From Bdellovibrionota bacterium FG-1 (GTDB taxonomy: Bacteria > Bdellovibrionota > UBA1018), in contig JBBCAW010000058.1 of assembly GCA_051382295.1 (NCBI GenBank), positions 1-54,778 of the forward strand: a DNA stretch of 54,778 nucleotides, written 5' to 3'. Shown here piece by piece: positions 28,078-38,000 of the stretch; the first letter of the stretch is position 1; every line of letters starts with the position of its first letter. Below the pieces are notes generated by a model. The model was not told the origin of the DNA and ran no database searches. It saw only the letters and a list, made by a program, of their open reading frames with translations. The position numbers and the translations under genes were made by a program.

Positions 28078-29704
28078 GGCGGGCAAAAACCGATCCGGTG
28101 GGCATGCGGTTTTGGTGGCCTCGGGGATCCTGCTGAGTCGGCTTGCGGGGCTGGTGCGCGAGCGCGTCTTTGCTCATTATTTGGGCAATTCGAATGCCGC
28201 TGGAGCTTTTCGCGCGGCCCTTCGGATTCCCAATTTTCTGCAGAATCTTTTTGGGGAAGGGGTGCTTTCGGCATCGTTTATCCCGGTTTATTCAAGGCTG
28301 CTCAGTGATGGTGAAGCCGATGATCGACAGATGGCCGCGCGAGTCGCCGGCGTGGTTGGCGCGGTCCTTTCGCTCTGGGTGTCTGGTCTGGTTTTAGTCG
28401 GGGTCTTGCTGACGCCTTATTTGGTCGGCTTAGTGGCCCCCGGATTTCAAGGCGAAATTCGCGAACTAACGGTGCGGATTGTGCGAATCCTTTTTCCGGG
28501 TGTCGGTGTATTGGTTTTATCGGCTTGGTGTTTAGGGGTTCTCAATAGTCATCGCAAATTTTTTCTGTCCTACGCGGCTCCTGTACTGTGGAACCTGGCT
28601 ATGATTCTGACTCTCGTGTTTTTTGGCGCCCGGGGCGTCACCGAGGGAGATCTCGCCGTTGCACTGGCCTGGGGAACGGTCGTGGGTTCGGTTCTTCAGT
28701 TCGCAGTACAATTACCTTTTGTTTTTAAGTACGCCCCCCGGATCCGATGGGCGCTTGATACTCAACTAGCCCCAGTTCGACAGGTTTTTCGTAATTTGGG
28801 GCCGGTGGTGTTGAGTCGCGGTGTAGTCCAACTGAGCGCTTATATTGATGGGATGATCGCCAGTTTTTTAGGGGCGGCCGCAGTTTCAGGTTTAGGCTAC
28901 GCGCAAACGATTTATCTCCTGCCCATTGGACTGTTTGGGATGTCTGTAGCCGCCGCTGAACTTCCTGCGATGTCTCAGGCCTCGGGTCGCACTGCTGATG
29001 TCCACTCGATGTTGTGCGCACGACTAGTGGCGGGCCAACGTAAGATTGCATTTTTTGTGGTCCCGTCCGTTGTGGGATTCTTAGTTCTCGGTCGGGGGAT
29101 CGTGGCGGCTCTTTATCAAACAGGGCAGTTTGGGGGGGGGGACACCCTTTATGTATGGTATATTTTGATGGGCTCTACGATTGGTTTATTGGCCGCCACC
29201 TGGGGGCGCCTTTTATCATCGACGTTTTACGCGGTGGGTGACACCCGTACTCTTTTTCGTTTTGCGGTTCTTCGGGTGGTCTTGACTGCTTCGTTGGGGG
29301 TGCTTTTTGCTTTTCCTTTCAGGCCGGCGATCGACTTTGTGTTTGTGCACGGGCTCCATTTGCCCAAGGTCTCCGGCGGCGCCGGCGAGTTGGGAATGGG
29401 CGCGGTGGGTTTGACGGCCTCCGCAGGAATTGCGGGCTGGATTGAGTTTATTCTCTTGCGAGCGGCGCTGGCGCGCCGGATTGGCCCTGCTCGAGTTCCA
29501 GGCGAGTATCAGCTTCGGGTATGGGGTGCCGCAATTTTGGCCGGTATGACGGTTTTTCTGAGTGCTCGCATCTCAATGGTCTCGCCCGTGATGACGGCAG
29601 TCTGGGAGGTGGGTTGCTTTGGCGTCGCCTACCTGATGTTGTCGATCCTTTTGCGAGTTCCGGAAGTGCTAGAGCTTCTGAAGCGCGTTCAGCGTAAAGG
29701 CTGA
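28067..29704 (+). CDS. murJ: Lipid II flippase
   Basis: SRLAGLVRE, A.RIPN.L.NLFGEG.LSASFIP; TTG start inferred. Confidence 0.92.
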   Translation: MTSEAGKNRSGGHAVLVASGILLSRLAGLVRERVFAHYLGNSNAAGAFRAALRIPNFLQNLFGEGVLSASFIPVYSRLLSDGEADDRQMAARVAGVVGAVLSLWVSGLVLVGVLLTPYLVGLVAPGFQGEIRELTVRIVRILFPGVGVLVLSAWCLGVLNSHRKFFLSYAAPVLWNLAMILTLVFFGARGVTEGDLAVALAWGTVVGSVLQFAVQLPFVFKYAPRIRWALDTQLAPVRQVFRNLGPVVLSRGVVQLSAYIDGMIASFLGAAAVSGLGYAQTIYLLPIGLFGMSVAAAELPAMSQASGRTADVHSMLCARLVAGQRKIAFFVVPSVVGFLVLGRGIVAALYQTGQFGGGDTLYVWYILMGSTIGLLAATWGRLLSSTFYAVGDTRTLFRFAVLRVVLTASLGVLFAFPFRPAIDFVFVHGLHLPKVSGGAGELGMGAVGLTASAGIAGWIEFILLRAALARRIGPARVPGEYQLRVWGAAILAGMTVFLSARISMVSPVMTAVWEVGCFGVAYLMLSILLRVPEVLELLKRVQRKG

Positions 29705-30867
29705 TGGGGATCCGGGCAAAAACCTCGAGAATCTAAAGTGCATCCTGCGTTTTGTTCAAAGCTGTCTTGAGCTTTGACGACGATGTTTTTGTTTGCGAGA
29801 TAGTTGCCGACATTGCCTAAAAAATCCTCTCTACCCTTAAGATCTAGTTTTTCCGGCCATTCCACGGGGATCGCTTTCTTTCCGAGGGGGGTGAAAAAGT
29901 TGACTTTCCAAGGATTGGGTAGGTTGAATTGCATTTTTTCAGCCGTTTTTCCGGCCAAAAAAAGGCGAAACTCACTTTCCATTGTGCGATCACTGACATC
30001 CACGTCGAGTGCGATGCGGATCATGCGTCCGAAGTCCCCGGCACTACTGCTCGTGCAGATATCGTGTTCGCGTGAGCTGATGGGAATGCCCGGGATTATG
30101 ACGCTACTGCGGCTATCAAACCGACCCTTGATGTGATGGACATGGTTTTGGTCGAAATCGAGGTACCATTTGGCGATTGAGCTTTGAGAATGGGCGAGAT
30201 CGGGCTCGATTTCAAAGGGACTGGTTTCCATGCAGCGCAAGGTCAGCGGCGCGAGGATAAATCCCTGCGGGAGGATGCCGTCCCGCACACATTCTTCGGA
30301 GACCCGGCTCTTAATTTCGTTCATGAGGGCTGAGTGCACTTCAGCATAACGAGATTGATCCAGTTCCATGAGTTCGCCCCAGGCAAAATATCGGAGCGAC
30401 ACGGTGCCAGGAAAGAGCCGATCGCGCGGATCATTGAGGTGCGGTACGGTCAGGGTTTCGAGCTCTTTGATTTGCACTCGGATGGGCGAGATGAACCAGG
30501 TTCCGAGAGGAAATTTCCAATTCCAGCCAGTACGATGAACGCTCACTCGTTCGGTGGGGCTGAGCTGAAGCGTTAAATCATTTGGGATGTTTTGGCATGA
30601 AGCATCCAGGGGCGGAGCGGCGGGTATGGACGGTGTGGTCGGCGCAGGCAGTGGTGAAAGTATGGGTTTTTTAGGTAGGTCCGCGGGCAGAGGCTCTTCG
30701 CGTGGCACAAGGACAGGCTCGGTGGCGTTAGGTTCTCCGGCGGTCGATTGGGGTTGTGCTTGTGCCTCGGTTACAGGCTGAGAGGGGGGCAGTGAATGGC
30801 TGCTGCATCCGGCATTCAAGGTCAAGCTGAGTAAGAAATAGGCGATTTTTTTCTGTGTCCCGTTCAT
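29689..30867 (-). CDS. Hypothetical lipoprotein with Pro-rich linker
   Basis: MNGTQKK + hydrophobic stretch + AGC lipobox-like motif; long ORF. Confidence 0.65.
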   Translation of the reverse strand: MNGTQKKIAYFLLSLTLNAGCSSHSLPPSQPVTEAQAQPQSTAGEPNATEPVLVPREEPLPADLPKKPILSPLPAPTTPSIPAAPPLDASCQNIPNDLTLQLSPTERVSVHRTGWNWKFPLGTWFISPIRVQIKELETLTVPHLNDPRDRLFPGTVSLRYFAWGELMELDQSRYAEVHSALMNEIKSRVSEECVRDGILPQGFILAPLTLRCMETSPFEIEPDLAHSQSSIAKWYLDFDQNHVHHIKGRFDSRSSVIIPGIPISSREHDICTSSSAGDFGRMIRIALDVDVSDRTMESEFRLFLAGKTAEKMQFNLPNPWKVNFFTPLGKKAIPVEWPEKLDLKGREDFLGNVGNYLANKNIVVKAQDSFEQNAGCTLDSRGFCPDPHQPLR

Positions 30868-31090
30868 GGCGCAGAGAAGTATCACGGCTGTATTTAGAAG
30901 TAAACTAAAATAGTCAGGTAATTAAAATATGTAAATATAACAACATATTGGACAAGTAAAGGCGTATTCGATTCTACGGAACTCTCGCTTTGCCGAAGTC
31001 ATCGAAGGCATCGAACGACCCGGAAGTCAGAATTTATTTTGAAGAGGGGCGGGCCAAAACGGAGATTGCGGCGGTTTTTCGGCGCATTTC

Positions 31091-31156
31091 AGATCCTTTA
31101 CAAGATCTGCAGGAAGACCTATAATCAGAGCTGAAAAGAGGTCTGATATGAGAGCT
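31091..31156 (+). promoter_or_regulatory. Sigma70 promoter of the phd/relE-type operon overlaid by six 12-bp-periodic AGNNCT operator hexamers
   Basis: TTTACA 31097-31102, 17-bp spacer, TATAAT 31120-31125; hexamers at 31091, 31103, 31115, 31127, 31139, 31151. Confidence 0.8.
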
Positions 31157-31171
31157 TATAAGAAGAGGGAA

Positions 31172-31450
31172 ATGAACATTACTGAAGACATCATTCCTCT
31201 GAGCCAATTTAAGACACAAGCTTCCAAGGTGCTCCATTCGCTTCATGAAACGGGGCGATCCGTGGTGATAACCCAAAACGGGAAACCATCTGCGGTAGTT
31301 ATTACTACTGAGGAGTTTGATCGTTTAAGAGAAAGAGAAAATTTTATTGCTGCCGTTGAACATGGTCGCGCGGATGCCAAAGCTGGTAGAGTTATGCAAA
31401 CAAAAGCTTTGGAGCAGGAACTAAATAAAAGGTTTGGAAAAATGAAATGA
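31172..31450 (+). CDS. Phd/YefM-family antitoxin
   Basis: IIPLSQFK.QAS, VVITQNGKP.AV. Confidence 0.92.
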   Translation: MNITEDIIPLSQFKTQASKVLHSLHETGRSVVITQNGKPSAVVITTEEFDRLRERENFIAAVEHGRADAKAGRVMQTKALEQELNKRFGKMK

Positions 31451-31740
31451 AACTGATTTGGTCGGAGCGGGCGTGGAATGATTTGATTCAGATTGGTGAG
31501 TTCATTGCCCAGAGTGCACCTCAAAATGCCAGGAAGCACACCCAGCTTCTATTGGATCGTGCAAAACAGGCAGCCCAGCTCCCTCAATCAGGCCGGGTGG
31601 TCCCTGAATGCGTGGAAGAAAACCTGCGTGAGTTGATCGAGGGAAATTACCGCATTGTTTACGAGATCGATTCCAAGAAGAAGACTGTCACCGTGATCAC
31701 TGTTTTTGAAGGCCATCAACTACTACCTGTAAGAAAATAA
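31447..31740 (+). CDS. RelE/ParE-family toxin
   Basis: WS.RA..DL..I..FIA, P.SGR.VPE, RELI.GNYRIVY; ATGA overlap with antitoxin. Confidence 0.92.
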   Translation: MKLIWSERAWNDLIQIGEFIAQSAPQNARKHTQLLLDRAKQAAQLPQSGRVVPECVEENLRELIEGNYRIVYEIDSKKKTVTVITVFEGHQLLPVRK

Positions 31741-31882
31741 TCATCCAGAAAAACTTATGTCTAATCTTACAAAACCAAAAGCCTGTTTCGATCAGGTCTG
31801 ATACTTGTAGCAATAATGGCACATATTTCCGGTAAACGTCAGCCCTAATGTTATCACGTTCTTTCCTTTTTAACTAAAAGCA

Positions 31883-31917
31883 ATACCTTGACAAGGTATA
31901 CCTGAATCAGGTATACT
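31883..31917 (+). promoter_or_regulatory. higBA promoter with two tandem palindromic operators
   Basis: TTGACA 31888-31893, 18-bp spacer, TATACT 31912-31917; ATACCT-N5-AGGTAT at 31883 and 31898. Confidence 0.85.
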
Positions 31918-31925
31918 GTAAGTGT

Positions 31926-32213
31926 ATGGCGATCCAGTCGTTTGCGGACAAGGATACTGAGAAATTCTTCAAAACAGGGAAAGCGAGCAAGGCGCCTTGG
32001 GCTAAGGTTCGTGAAGTGGCTCGTCGAAAATTGGATATGATTTCCTATGCATCCAAGTTGGCAGACCTTAAAGCGCCACCAGGCAATCGGCTAGAGGCGC
32101 TCTCAGGTACGTTAGCCGGAAAACACAGCATTCGAATCAATGATCAATGGCGGATCGTCTTTAAGTGGACAGCAGCGGGACCTGCCGAGGTCGAGATTGT
32201 GGATTATCATTAA
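31926..32213 (+). CDS. higB: HigB-type toxin (RelE superfamily)
   Basis: I.SF.DK.T, RKL, L..PPGNRLE.L.G...G.HSIRINDQWRI.F.W, VEIVDYH. Confidence 0.95.
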   Translation: MAIQSFADKDTEKFFKTGKASKAPWAKVREVARRKLDMISYASKLADLKAPPGNRLEALSGTLAGKHSIRINDQWRIVFKWTAAGPAEVEIVDYH

Positions 32214-32223
32214 TGGAGGACTT

Positions 32224-32508
32224 ATGAATCAGTTACGCAAGCCTACCAGCCCTGGAGAAATTCTGGCAGAAGAGTTTCTAAAGCCGATGAATCTGACTCA
32301 AAGTACGTTGGCTAAACACATAGGCTGCGATGTGAAGGTCATTAATCGAATTATCAATGGGCGAACTGCAGTAACCGCTGAGATGGCTCTCAAACTTGGA
32401 GCGGTATTTAAGATATCTGCAGATTTTTGGCTGAATGCTCAGAAAGCTGTAGATCTCTATAAAGCGAGTCAGAAAATTCGAAAGCTCCCCTTACCAATTG
32501 CGGTATAG
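32224..32508 (+). CDS. higA: HigA HTH antitoxin
   Basis: PGEIL.EEFLKP..L.Q..LA, TAEMAL.L, FWLN.Q; GGAGG SD. Confidence 0.95.
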   Translation: MNQLRKPTSPGEILAEEFLKPMNLTQSTLAKHIGCDVKVINRIINGRTAVTAEMALKLGAVFKISADFWLNAQKAVDLYKASQKIRKLPLPIAV

Positions 32509-32680
32509 TAGTGTTGTGTTGGCGCTTATTCACAAGAAACGCAGGGGCTGGGTTTTGGAGTTATTTTGCAGTGAGTCTGGGCGCCACATTTAGCAGCAAG
32601 ATTCCTGCAAGGTCGATGTGGCGGGCTTCCCCCAACGAAATTCCCTTTTGCCAGCAGTCAAATTGGGGTAAACAATATTT

Positions 32681-33001
32681 ATGGGCGGCTTGCGGAACTT
32701 TTTTCTCATTCTTTCGGCACTGTGGGTCTTTTCGGCTATCCACGGTCAGACACATCGCAATCCCGCTCCTATTTCATTCAGTCATTCTCAACAGACACTT
32801 AAAGCGGATATTCCATCGCAAGGACGCATCGCATCTGCAGATGCTGGTGGGGTCCATTTCGACTTTCTACCAACCCCTACAACCTTCATTTCCGGAACTA
32901 GCCAGTTTGTCTCTTTTGTATTCTTTCCGACCGCACGGTCGGACGAGAACAATTATCAGCTCATTCGTTCTGGATTAAGTCCTCCTTCCTCTCTCGCCTA
33001 A
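32681..33001 (+). CDS. Small membrane-targeted protein, possible regulatory leader ORF (ends RSGLSPP)
   Basis: Hydrophobic N-terminus, low-complexity linker, C-terminal di-proline motif. Confidence 0.5.
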   Translation: MGGLRNFFLILSALWVFSAIHGQTHRNPAPISFSHSQQTLKADIPSQGRIASADAGGVHFDFLPTPTTFISGTSQFVSFVFFPTARSDENNYQLIRSGLSPPSSLA

Positions 33002-33051
33002 TACCGTTTTCAATCAATATTTTTATATTTTTTAAACTTTAGGAGGAATCC

Positions 33052-33360
33052 ATGAAGAATTGTATTTTTGCATCTCTAATTATTCTGGGTAGTTTAACCG
33101 CGTTCGCTTCAGGCTCTACAGCCGGTTCAGTCGAGATTCGAGCTGTGTTCGAGTCACCTAACGCCGCAAGCATCGACATGAAGGCTAACGACGATGGGAC
33201 GATCTTTCACGTTGCGAAGAAGCCCATTCTTTTGCAGGGCGATATCGCAGATGCGAGTGTCACCCCTAGTGGCGAACAATCGTCGTTAAACATCACGCTC
33301 ACAGACGTTGGGGCAAAAAAGATAAAGGACTTCACTGCTACGCATGTCGGTAGCAAGATG
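33052..33360 (+). pseudogene. Exported SecD/SecF P1-head-like protein, truncated by the IS66-ended element
   Basis: AGGAGG SD, signal peptide, PIL...DI.DA.V..., I.LT..GA..I...T..HVG.KM; the expected continuation is absent and the inverted repeat starts at 33361. Confidence 0.7.
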
Positions 33361-33381
33361 GTAAAGGCTCTGCCGTGCCCG

Positions 33382-33995
33382 TCAGAGTTCAGCTGGAATT
33401 GAGTTGACGTCTTGATATAGGGTTTTGGATGCTGGGGGAAGTTCGGCCCGAGTTTTTAATGACCGGTACATCGTGGCCCGGAAGACCCCGAGAGCGCAGC
33501 AAATGTCGGCGGCGGTGTTTGCCGGGTCCGCATGCATCCGGCGGGCAAGCGCAGTTTTCTTTTCATCCATGAGGTTGGGGCGCCCGCCGCGACGACCGCG
33601 CGAACGGGCTGCGATGAGGCCGGCGCGAGTCCGCTCCTGAATCACTGAGCGTTCGAACTCCGCCAGGCAAAAAGGTGAAATACCAACCGACCCCCGCTAC
33701 TTTGGGTTTCGATGCCCTCGGTGAGCGAGCGGAATCCGATTCCGCGAGATTGCAATCCCGTCACCGTGTCGATGAGGTGACGCAAGGACCGCCCGAGGCG
33801 ATCCAGTCGCCACACAACCAAAGTATCTCCGGGGCGAAGCTGGTTCTGAGCTTCGATCAATCCCTCGCGTTCGGCGATTCCGCCGCTGGCAACGTCTGAG
33901 AATATTTTTTCGCAGCCTGCAGCAATCAGTGCGTCTCGCTGGAGCGCGAGATTTTGATCCTGGGTTGAAATCCTTGCGTAACCAATAAGTCCCAC
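33382..33995 (-). pseudogene. Serine resolvase/invertase (Hin/Pin-like), frameshifted
   Basis: LIGYARISTQDQ...RLDRLGRS...VFHLF then frame change to LAEFERSVIQERTRAGL..AR.RGR.GGRP and an HTH; only 2 nt between F and L where 2 codons are expected (about 33667). Confidence 0.9.
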
Positions 33996-34140
33996 TTCGA
34001 CTTAACTCTTGAACTACCCGGCGTTTGAGTTCATCCGGGATGCCGTGGCGTTTGCCACCCCGCCCTTGAGGTAGGGCTGCGATTTCGGCGCGCAGCTGCG
34101 TTATTGCAGCAGGTACCTGACGATGATTGACTGCATTCAT
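33992..34140 (-). pseudogene. N-terminal fragment of IS66 accessory TnpA-like gene
   Basis: GGAGG SD; start lies 76 bp inside the terminus; ..GRGGKRHGIPDELKRRVV.. basic helix typical of the first IS66 ORF; interrupted by the resolvase. Confidence 0.5.
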
Positions 34141-34269
34141 GAGATTCGTTCCTCCGTTGGGAACTTGGTCTCACGGGTTTTCAACTTACGTCAGACGGGG
34201 GCGGCAGAGTCTTTACGATGCGTCTCGGATTCGACGATATTTTGTGGGGATTTTGGGTTAATGCCGAGA

Positions 34270-35028
34270 TCAACGGTCACGAATTCGTCGAACCTCTTTG
34301 ATGAGCTCTGGCGGCAGGTAGTCAAAAGCCCGTTTCTGCAATTCAAGCGGGATTCCGTGGAGAGGTTCCGCAATGCTTCCCGCAATTGCGGCAATGGTGT
34401 TAGAGTCGCCACCGCAGCTGACCGCGAGACGTAGGCAGTCCTCGAAAGACTCACTCGCGAGTACGCAGGCGAAAGCCACGGGCAACGATCCGTCGCAGGT
34501 GGCATCGAATCGATTGACCTTGCGAATTTTGTCGACGGTTCGATTGAGGCGATAAGGGAATCGGCTGGTCCAAAACTCCCTGATTTCCGCCTTTGAGGCC
34601 CCTTGCAACGCCAAAAAAACTGCGCCGGCTACAGCTTGGGCTCCAAGAATACCCTCTGGGTGATTGTGCGTGACCTGGGCACTTTTCGCTGCCTCCTCAA
34701 GTACCGCCTCCAGGGTTATGCAGGCATAGGCCACCGGGCTCACTCGCATGGCGGAACCATTTCCGAGGCTTCCGTAGGGACGGGCTGTATCGTGCCACGC
34801 CCAGTCTCGGAACTGGGGCCCGTAACCCAAGTCCGGATAAGCCCGCGCAAACTTGCGATAGGTGGAGGCGTAGTCCAGTTTGTCGATAAGGGCCACGGCG
34901 GTGGCGACGGTGAGGACGGTGTCGTCCGTGAAGTAATTTTGCGAGGTCAATAGCTCAAAATCGGTGCGTTTGAGATTGTGCTTCTCGTAGATCGACCCAA
35001 CGATGTCACCGATTATTGCGCCGAGCAT
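34270..35028 (-). CDS. ADP-ribosylglycohydrolase (DraG/ARH family)
   Basis: MLGAIIGDIVGS, FTDDT, S.GNGSAMRVSP, THNHPEG, GGDSNT. Confidence 0.92.
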   Translation of the reverse strand: MLGAIIGDIVGSIYEKHNLKRTDFELLTSQNYFTDDTVLTVATAVALIDKLDYASTYRKFARAYPDLGYGPQFRDWAWHDTARPYGSLGNGSAMRVSPVAYACITLEAVLEEAAKSAQVTHNHPEGILGAQAVAGAVFLALQGASKAEIREFWTSRFPYRLNRTVDKIRKVNRFDATCDGSLPVAFACVLASESFEDCLRLAVSCGGDSNTIAAIAGSIAEPLHGIPLELQKRAFDYLPPELIKEVRRIRDR

Positions 35029-35029
35029 G

Positions 35030-38000
35030 TCAATTCCCCTCAATCAAATACACGCACTCCCGCGATACAATCTTTTGCCCAAGCTTTTCCTGCAGCGCCT
35101 CCGCGTAAGCAGTCACCTGTTTTGCGTAGTACGCGCTGACCTGGGCTTTCCGCTCCGCCGAGTCAAACGTGTCGCTTTTCCAGTCGACGATATGGGCGCC
35201 CTCGGCGTCGACATAAAGTAGATCGATGATGCCATGAACTTCACCCGCCACATGAAACGGCACCTCCGGAAAAACCGCAGTGGCGGCTCGAAGCTTCTGG
35301 TAAAGTGGGGACGCCAGGAATCTCGTGATGCCTGCCTCAAGCGGCGCTAGTTCTGACTTTTCACAGCTGTAATCGGAATGGTTGAGCTCCGTCAATGCCG
35401 CCAAGGCTTGTGCCTGGGTAGCGCTGTGGCCTAAGGCGCTCCTCCTGCAAAGCCATTCCATCACGGCATGGGTGAGGCTCCCAAAGTCCTTACCGCGCGC
35501 CTTGCCTCCCGAGTTGCCGGTAAAAAGCTCCATCGCCTCGGCTTTGAGTTTGGTGGTAACGGCTTCCGATCTCTTATCGCGCTTCGAAAGCGCCAGGCAG
35601 GCGGCGGCTTGTTGCTCGCGAGTCTGAGCCAAAGTTTGGGTTGCCAGCTTGGGTGCCGGCCCGGCTGCGCGAGGGGCATGGCGGGTTAGGTAATCTGGGC
35701 CGAGCACGCGTTCGATGATGGGGAACCCTTCTTTGAGTAGACTCATGAGCGGGGCTGCGAAACTTCCGGCCTCCTGTCCCTCATTGCTGACGAGATAGAG
35801 GTTTTCGATGGCACGAGTGGCGGCAACATAGAGGACCCGCTTTTCTTCTTCGACTTTGAATATCGTCTCGCGGTCGATGGCCTTTTCTAGTTGGGAGATC
35901 TTGGATAGGCTCTGGCCCAGAAATTTGAACTGAACCGGTACGATTTCCTCATTGTCGCGGTCGACGATCACATCGATTTTGGTCATGCAATGGGCGCCTG
36001 GATTAACCAGCAGCACAAAGCGGCTCTCTAACCCCTTCGAAGAATGAATCGTGAGGAGCTGCACTTTCGAGGGCTTGGCGGTCTTCAATACGAGCTTATC
36101 TTCGCTGAGCTCATCGCCATCGCTCTGGCCAAAGGCCGCTGTCTTGAGGGCGCCCGCGATGAGGTTCTCGACGGTGAGCTTTTCGTTAAAGTGATTGAGT
36201 GCAAGCTCGGCTTTCAGGATCTGGGTGAGATTGGTCACTGCCGAGACGATATCTTCGTTATTGAGGCCTCGGCTATTGGAGTAGATCCCGAGCGCTTCGC
36301 AGGCCCGTTCGAAACGAACCGGGAGCGCGTCGGGGGAACTCGCGGCTTCAGCCAGCGGGAGGAGGGAGGTGTCCAGGGCCGCAAGCTTTTCGAGCGTCAC
36401 GTCCTTCACTCCTTTCAAATCTGGGCCACAGCGTTCAAAGAGGTCATGGATTTCCTCGTCGGTATAGCCTAGGTACAAAGTGCGAAGCGCCGCGAAAAGG
36501 TAGTGGCGGTTGCGGGGTTCAACTAGGATCCCCATGAGGGCGATGAGGGACATGACTTCAGGCGTCTGTAAAAATGCGGTCTCTTTGCTATTGATGACGG
36601 GCACCCCTAGCTTGAGTAAGGCGTCTTCATAAGAATGCATACCGGCGGCTTTGCGGAACAAAAGCATGAATTCGCCGGGCTTGGCTAGTCCCGCCTCAAT
36701 CTGTTCCTTGATCCAAGTGGCCGTGGCCCAGGCTTCGCGTTTGCGGTATTCCTCAACACCCATGGTGCCTTTGGCGCCAAAGCCTTCGGTTTCGGGCGTA
36801 TCGGTGGATAGACTTAATTTGAGCTTCAGAAGTTGGACGGCGGGAGTTTTAGGAGGCTCGTCCTTAAAAGCAACCATCGCTTCGTAGGCGGGCGCCGCAA
36901 ACTCTTCGGTCTCATGCTTTTGAATGATGTGCTGAAAATGTTCGTTGATGAATTTGACGATGCCGGGAGTGGAGCGAAAGTTAGTGGAAAGAATCCGGTC
37001 GGACTTCTTATTGCCGGAGATGAGTAGAGTCATCACTTTCAAATAGATCGAGATATCCGCGCGGGCGAAGCCATAAATGCTTTGTTTGGGATCTCCCATG
37101 AAGACCAGCTTGCCGGGAATGGGCTCGCATGCTTCCCAGGGTTGTCCGGGCACGGTTTCGGCCGCAGCCAGGTGAAACAGGATCTGGACTTGGAGCGGGT
37201 CAGAATCCTGAAATTCATCCACGATGATTGCGTCAAAGCGGGCTCCGAGTGCGGTCTTGAGCGCGGGTTGGTCGCGCAGGCCATTGCGTACCAAGATCAG
37301 GCAATCCTGAAAATCCAAGTATCCATGGGTCCGTTTGAATTCATCATAGATCTTGCGGTAGGCCGGAAATATTTCAAGCAGCGAGTTATAAGCCTCGACG
37401 AGGGCCTCTTGCTGGTAATCCGCGATGATCTCTTTGAGGCTTTTGATGCGGGCTTTGTAGGTCTTGAGAAAATCGGCGTCCGTGTAGCTGCCTTGTTTAC
37501 CGAGCGCGGAGAATGGGAGTTCGCCTCCCAGTAAGAGGAATTTTGTAAATGAGGTGAACTCGTCGTTTTTCTCTCCAGTGATCCCGTGAGTCTTGAGTGT
37601 CTTGAGAATGTCGGGACGCTTGAGGTAAAGCTTATCGGTTTCGTCCTCGATGACTTTTTCAATTCCGACTAAGATGTCGTGGCAGGCTTCAGTGACGAGC
37701 TTTTCGCAGGTGGCGTGATAGCGGGCACGTTCGGTTTCACCACCGGAGGCAAGGCGCCGGGGTTTGAGTTCCCGGTTGAGGTAAAGCTTCTCAAAGAGGT
37801 CAAAGATCAGCTCATCTGGAATGGAATCTCCCAGCGTTTCACTGATGCGGCTGCGTGCCGCAAGCTCGGTGGCATACCGTGGGTCATCGAGCGCCTCGGC
37901 TTCATAGAACATGCGGATGACTTCTCGCCGGATTGCCGCAGTCATGCGTTCATCGGCAATCGCACACTGGGGATCGATCCCAAATTCAACCGGGAATTCC

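Larger units (their letters stand above)
33361..34216 (-). mobile_element. Non-autonomous IS66-like element (856 bp) with terminal inverted repeats
   Basis: GTAAAGGCTCTGCCGTGCCCGTC (33361-33383) vs minus-strand GTAAAGACTCTGCCGCCCCCGTC (34216-34194), 20/23 identical; GTAA termini as in the IS66 family. Confidence 0.8.

Noticed and set aside
30960..31043. Short reading frame ..FAEVIEGIERPGSQNLF* as a transposase remnant at the island edge
   Set aside because: Too short for a family call; no terminal repeat found
31091..31156. Periodic repeats here and at 43137-43167 as a CRISPR array
   Set aside because: Units are 11-12 bp with no spacers and there are no cas genes
31738..31765. TTATGTCTAAT as the XerD arm of a dif site
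   Set aside because: No XerC-like arm ending in ATAA at 6-bp spacing
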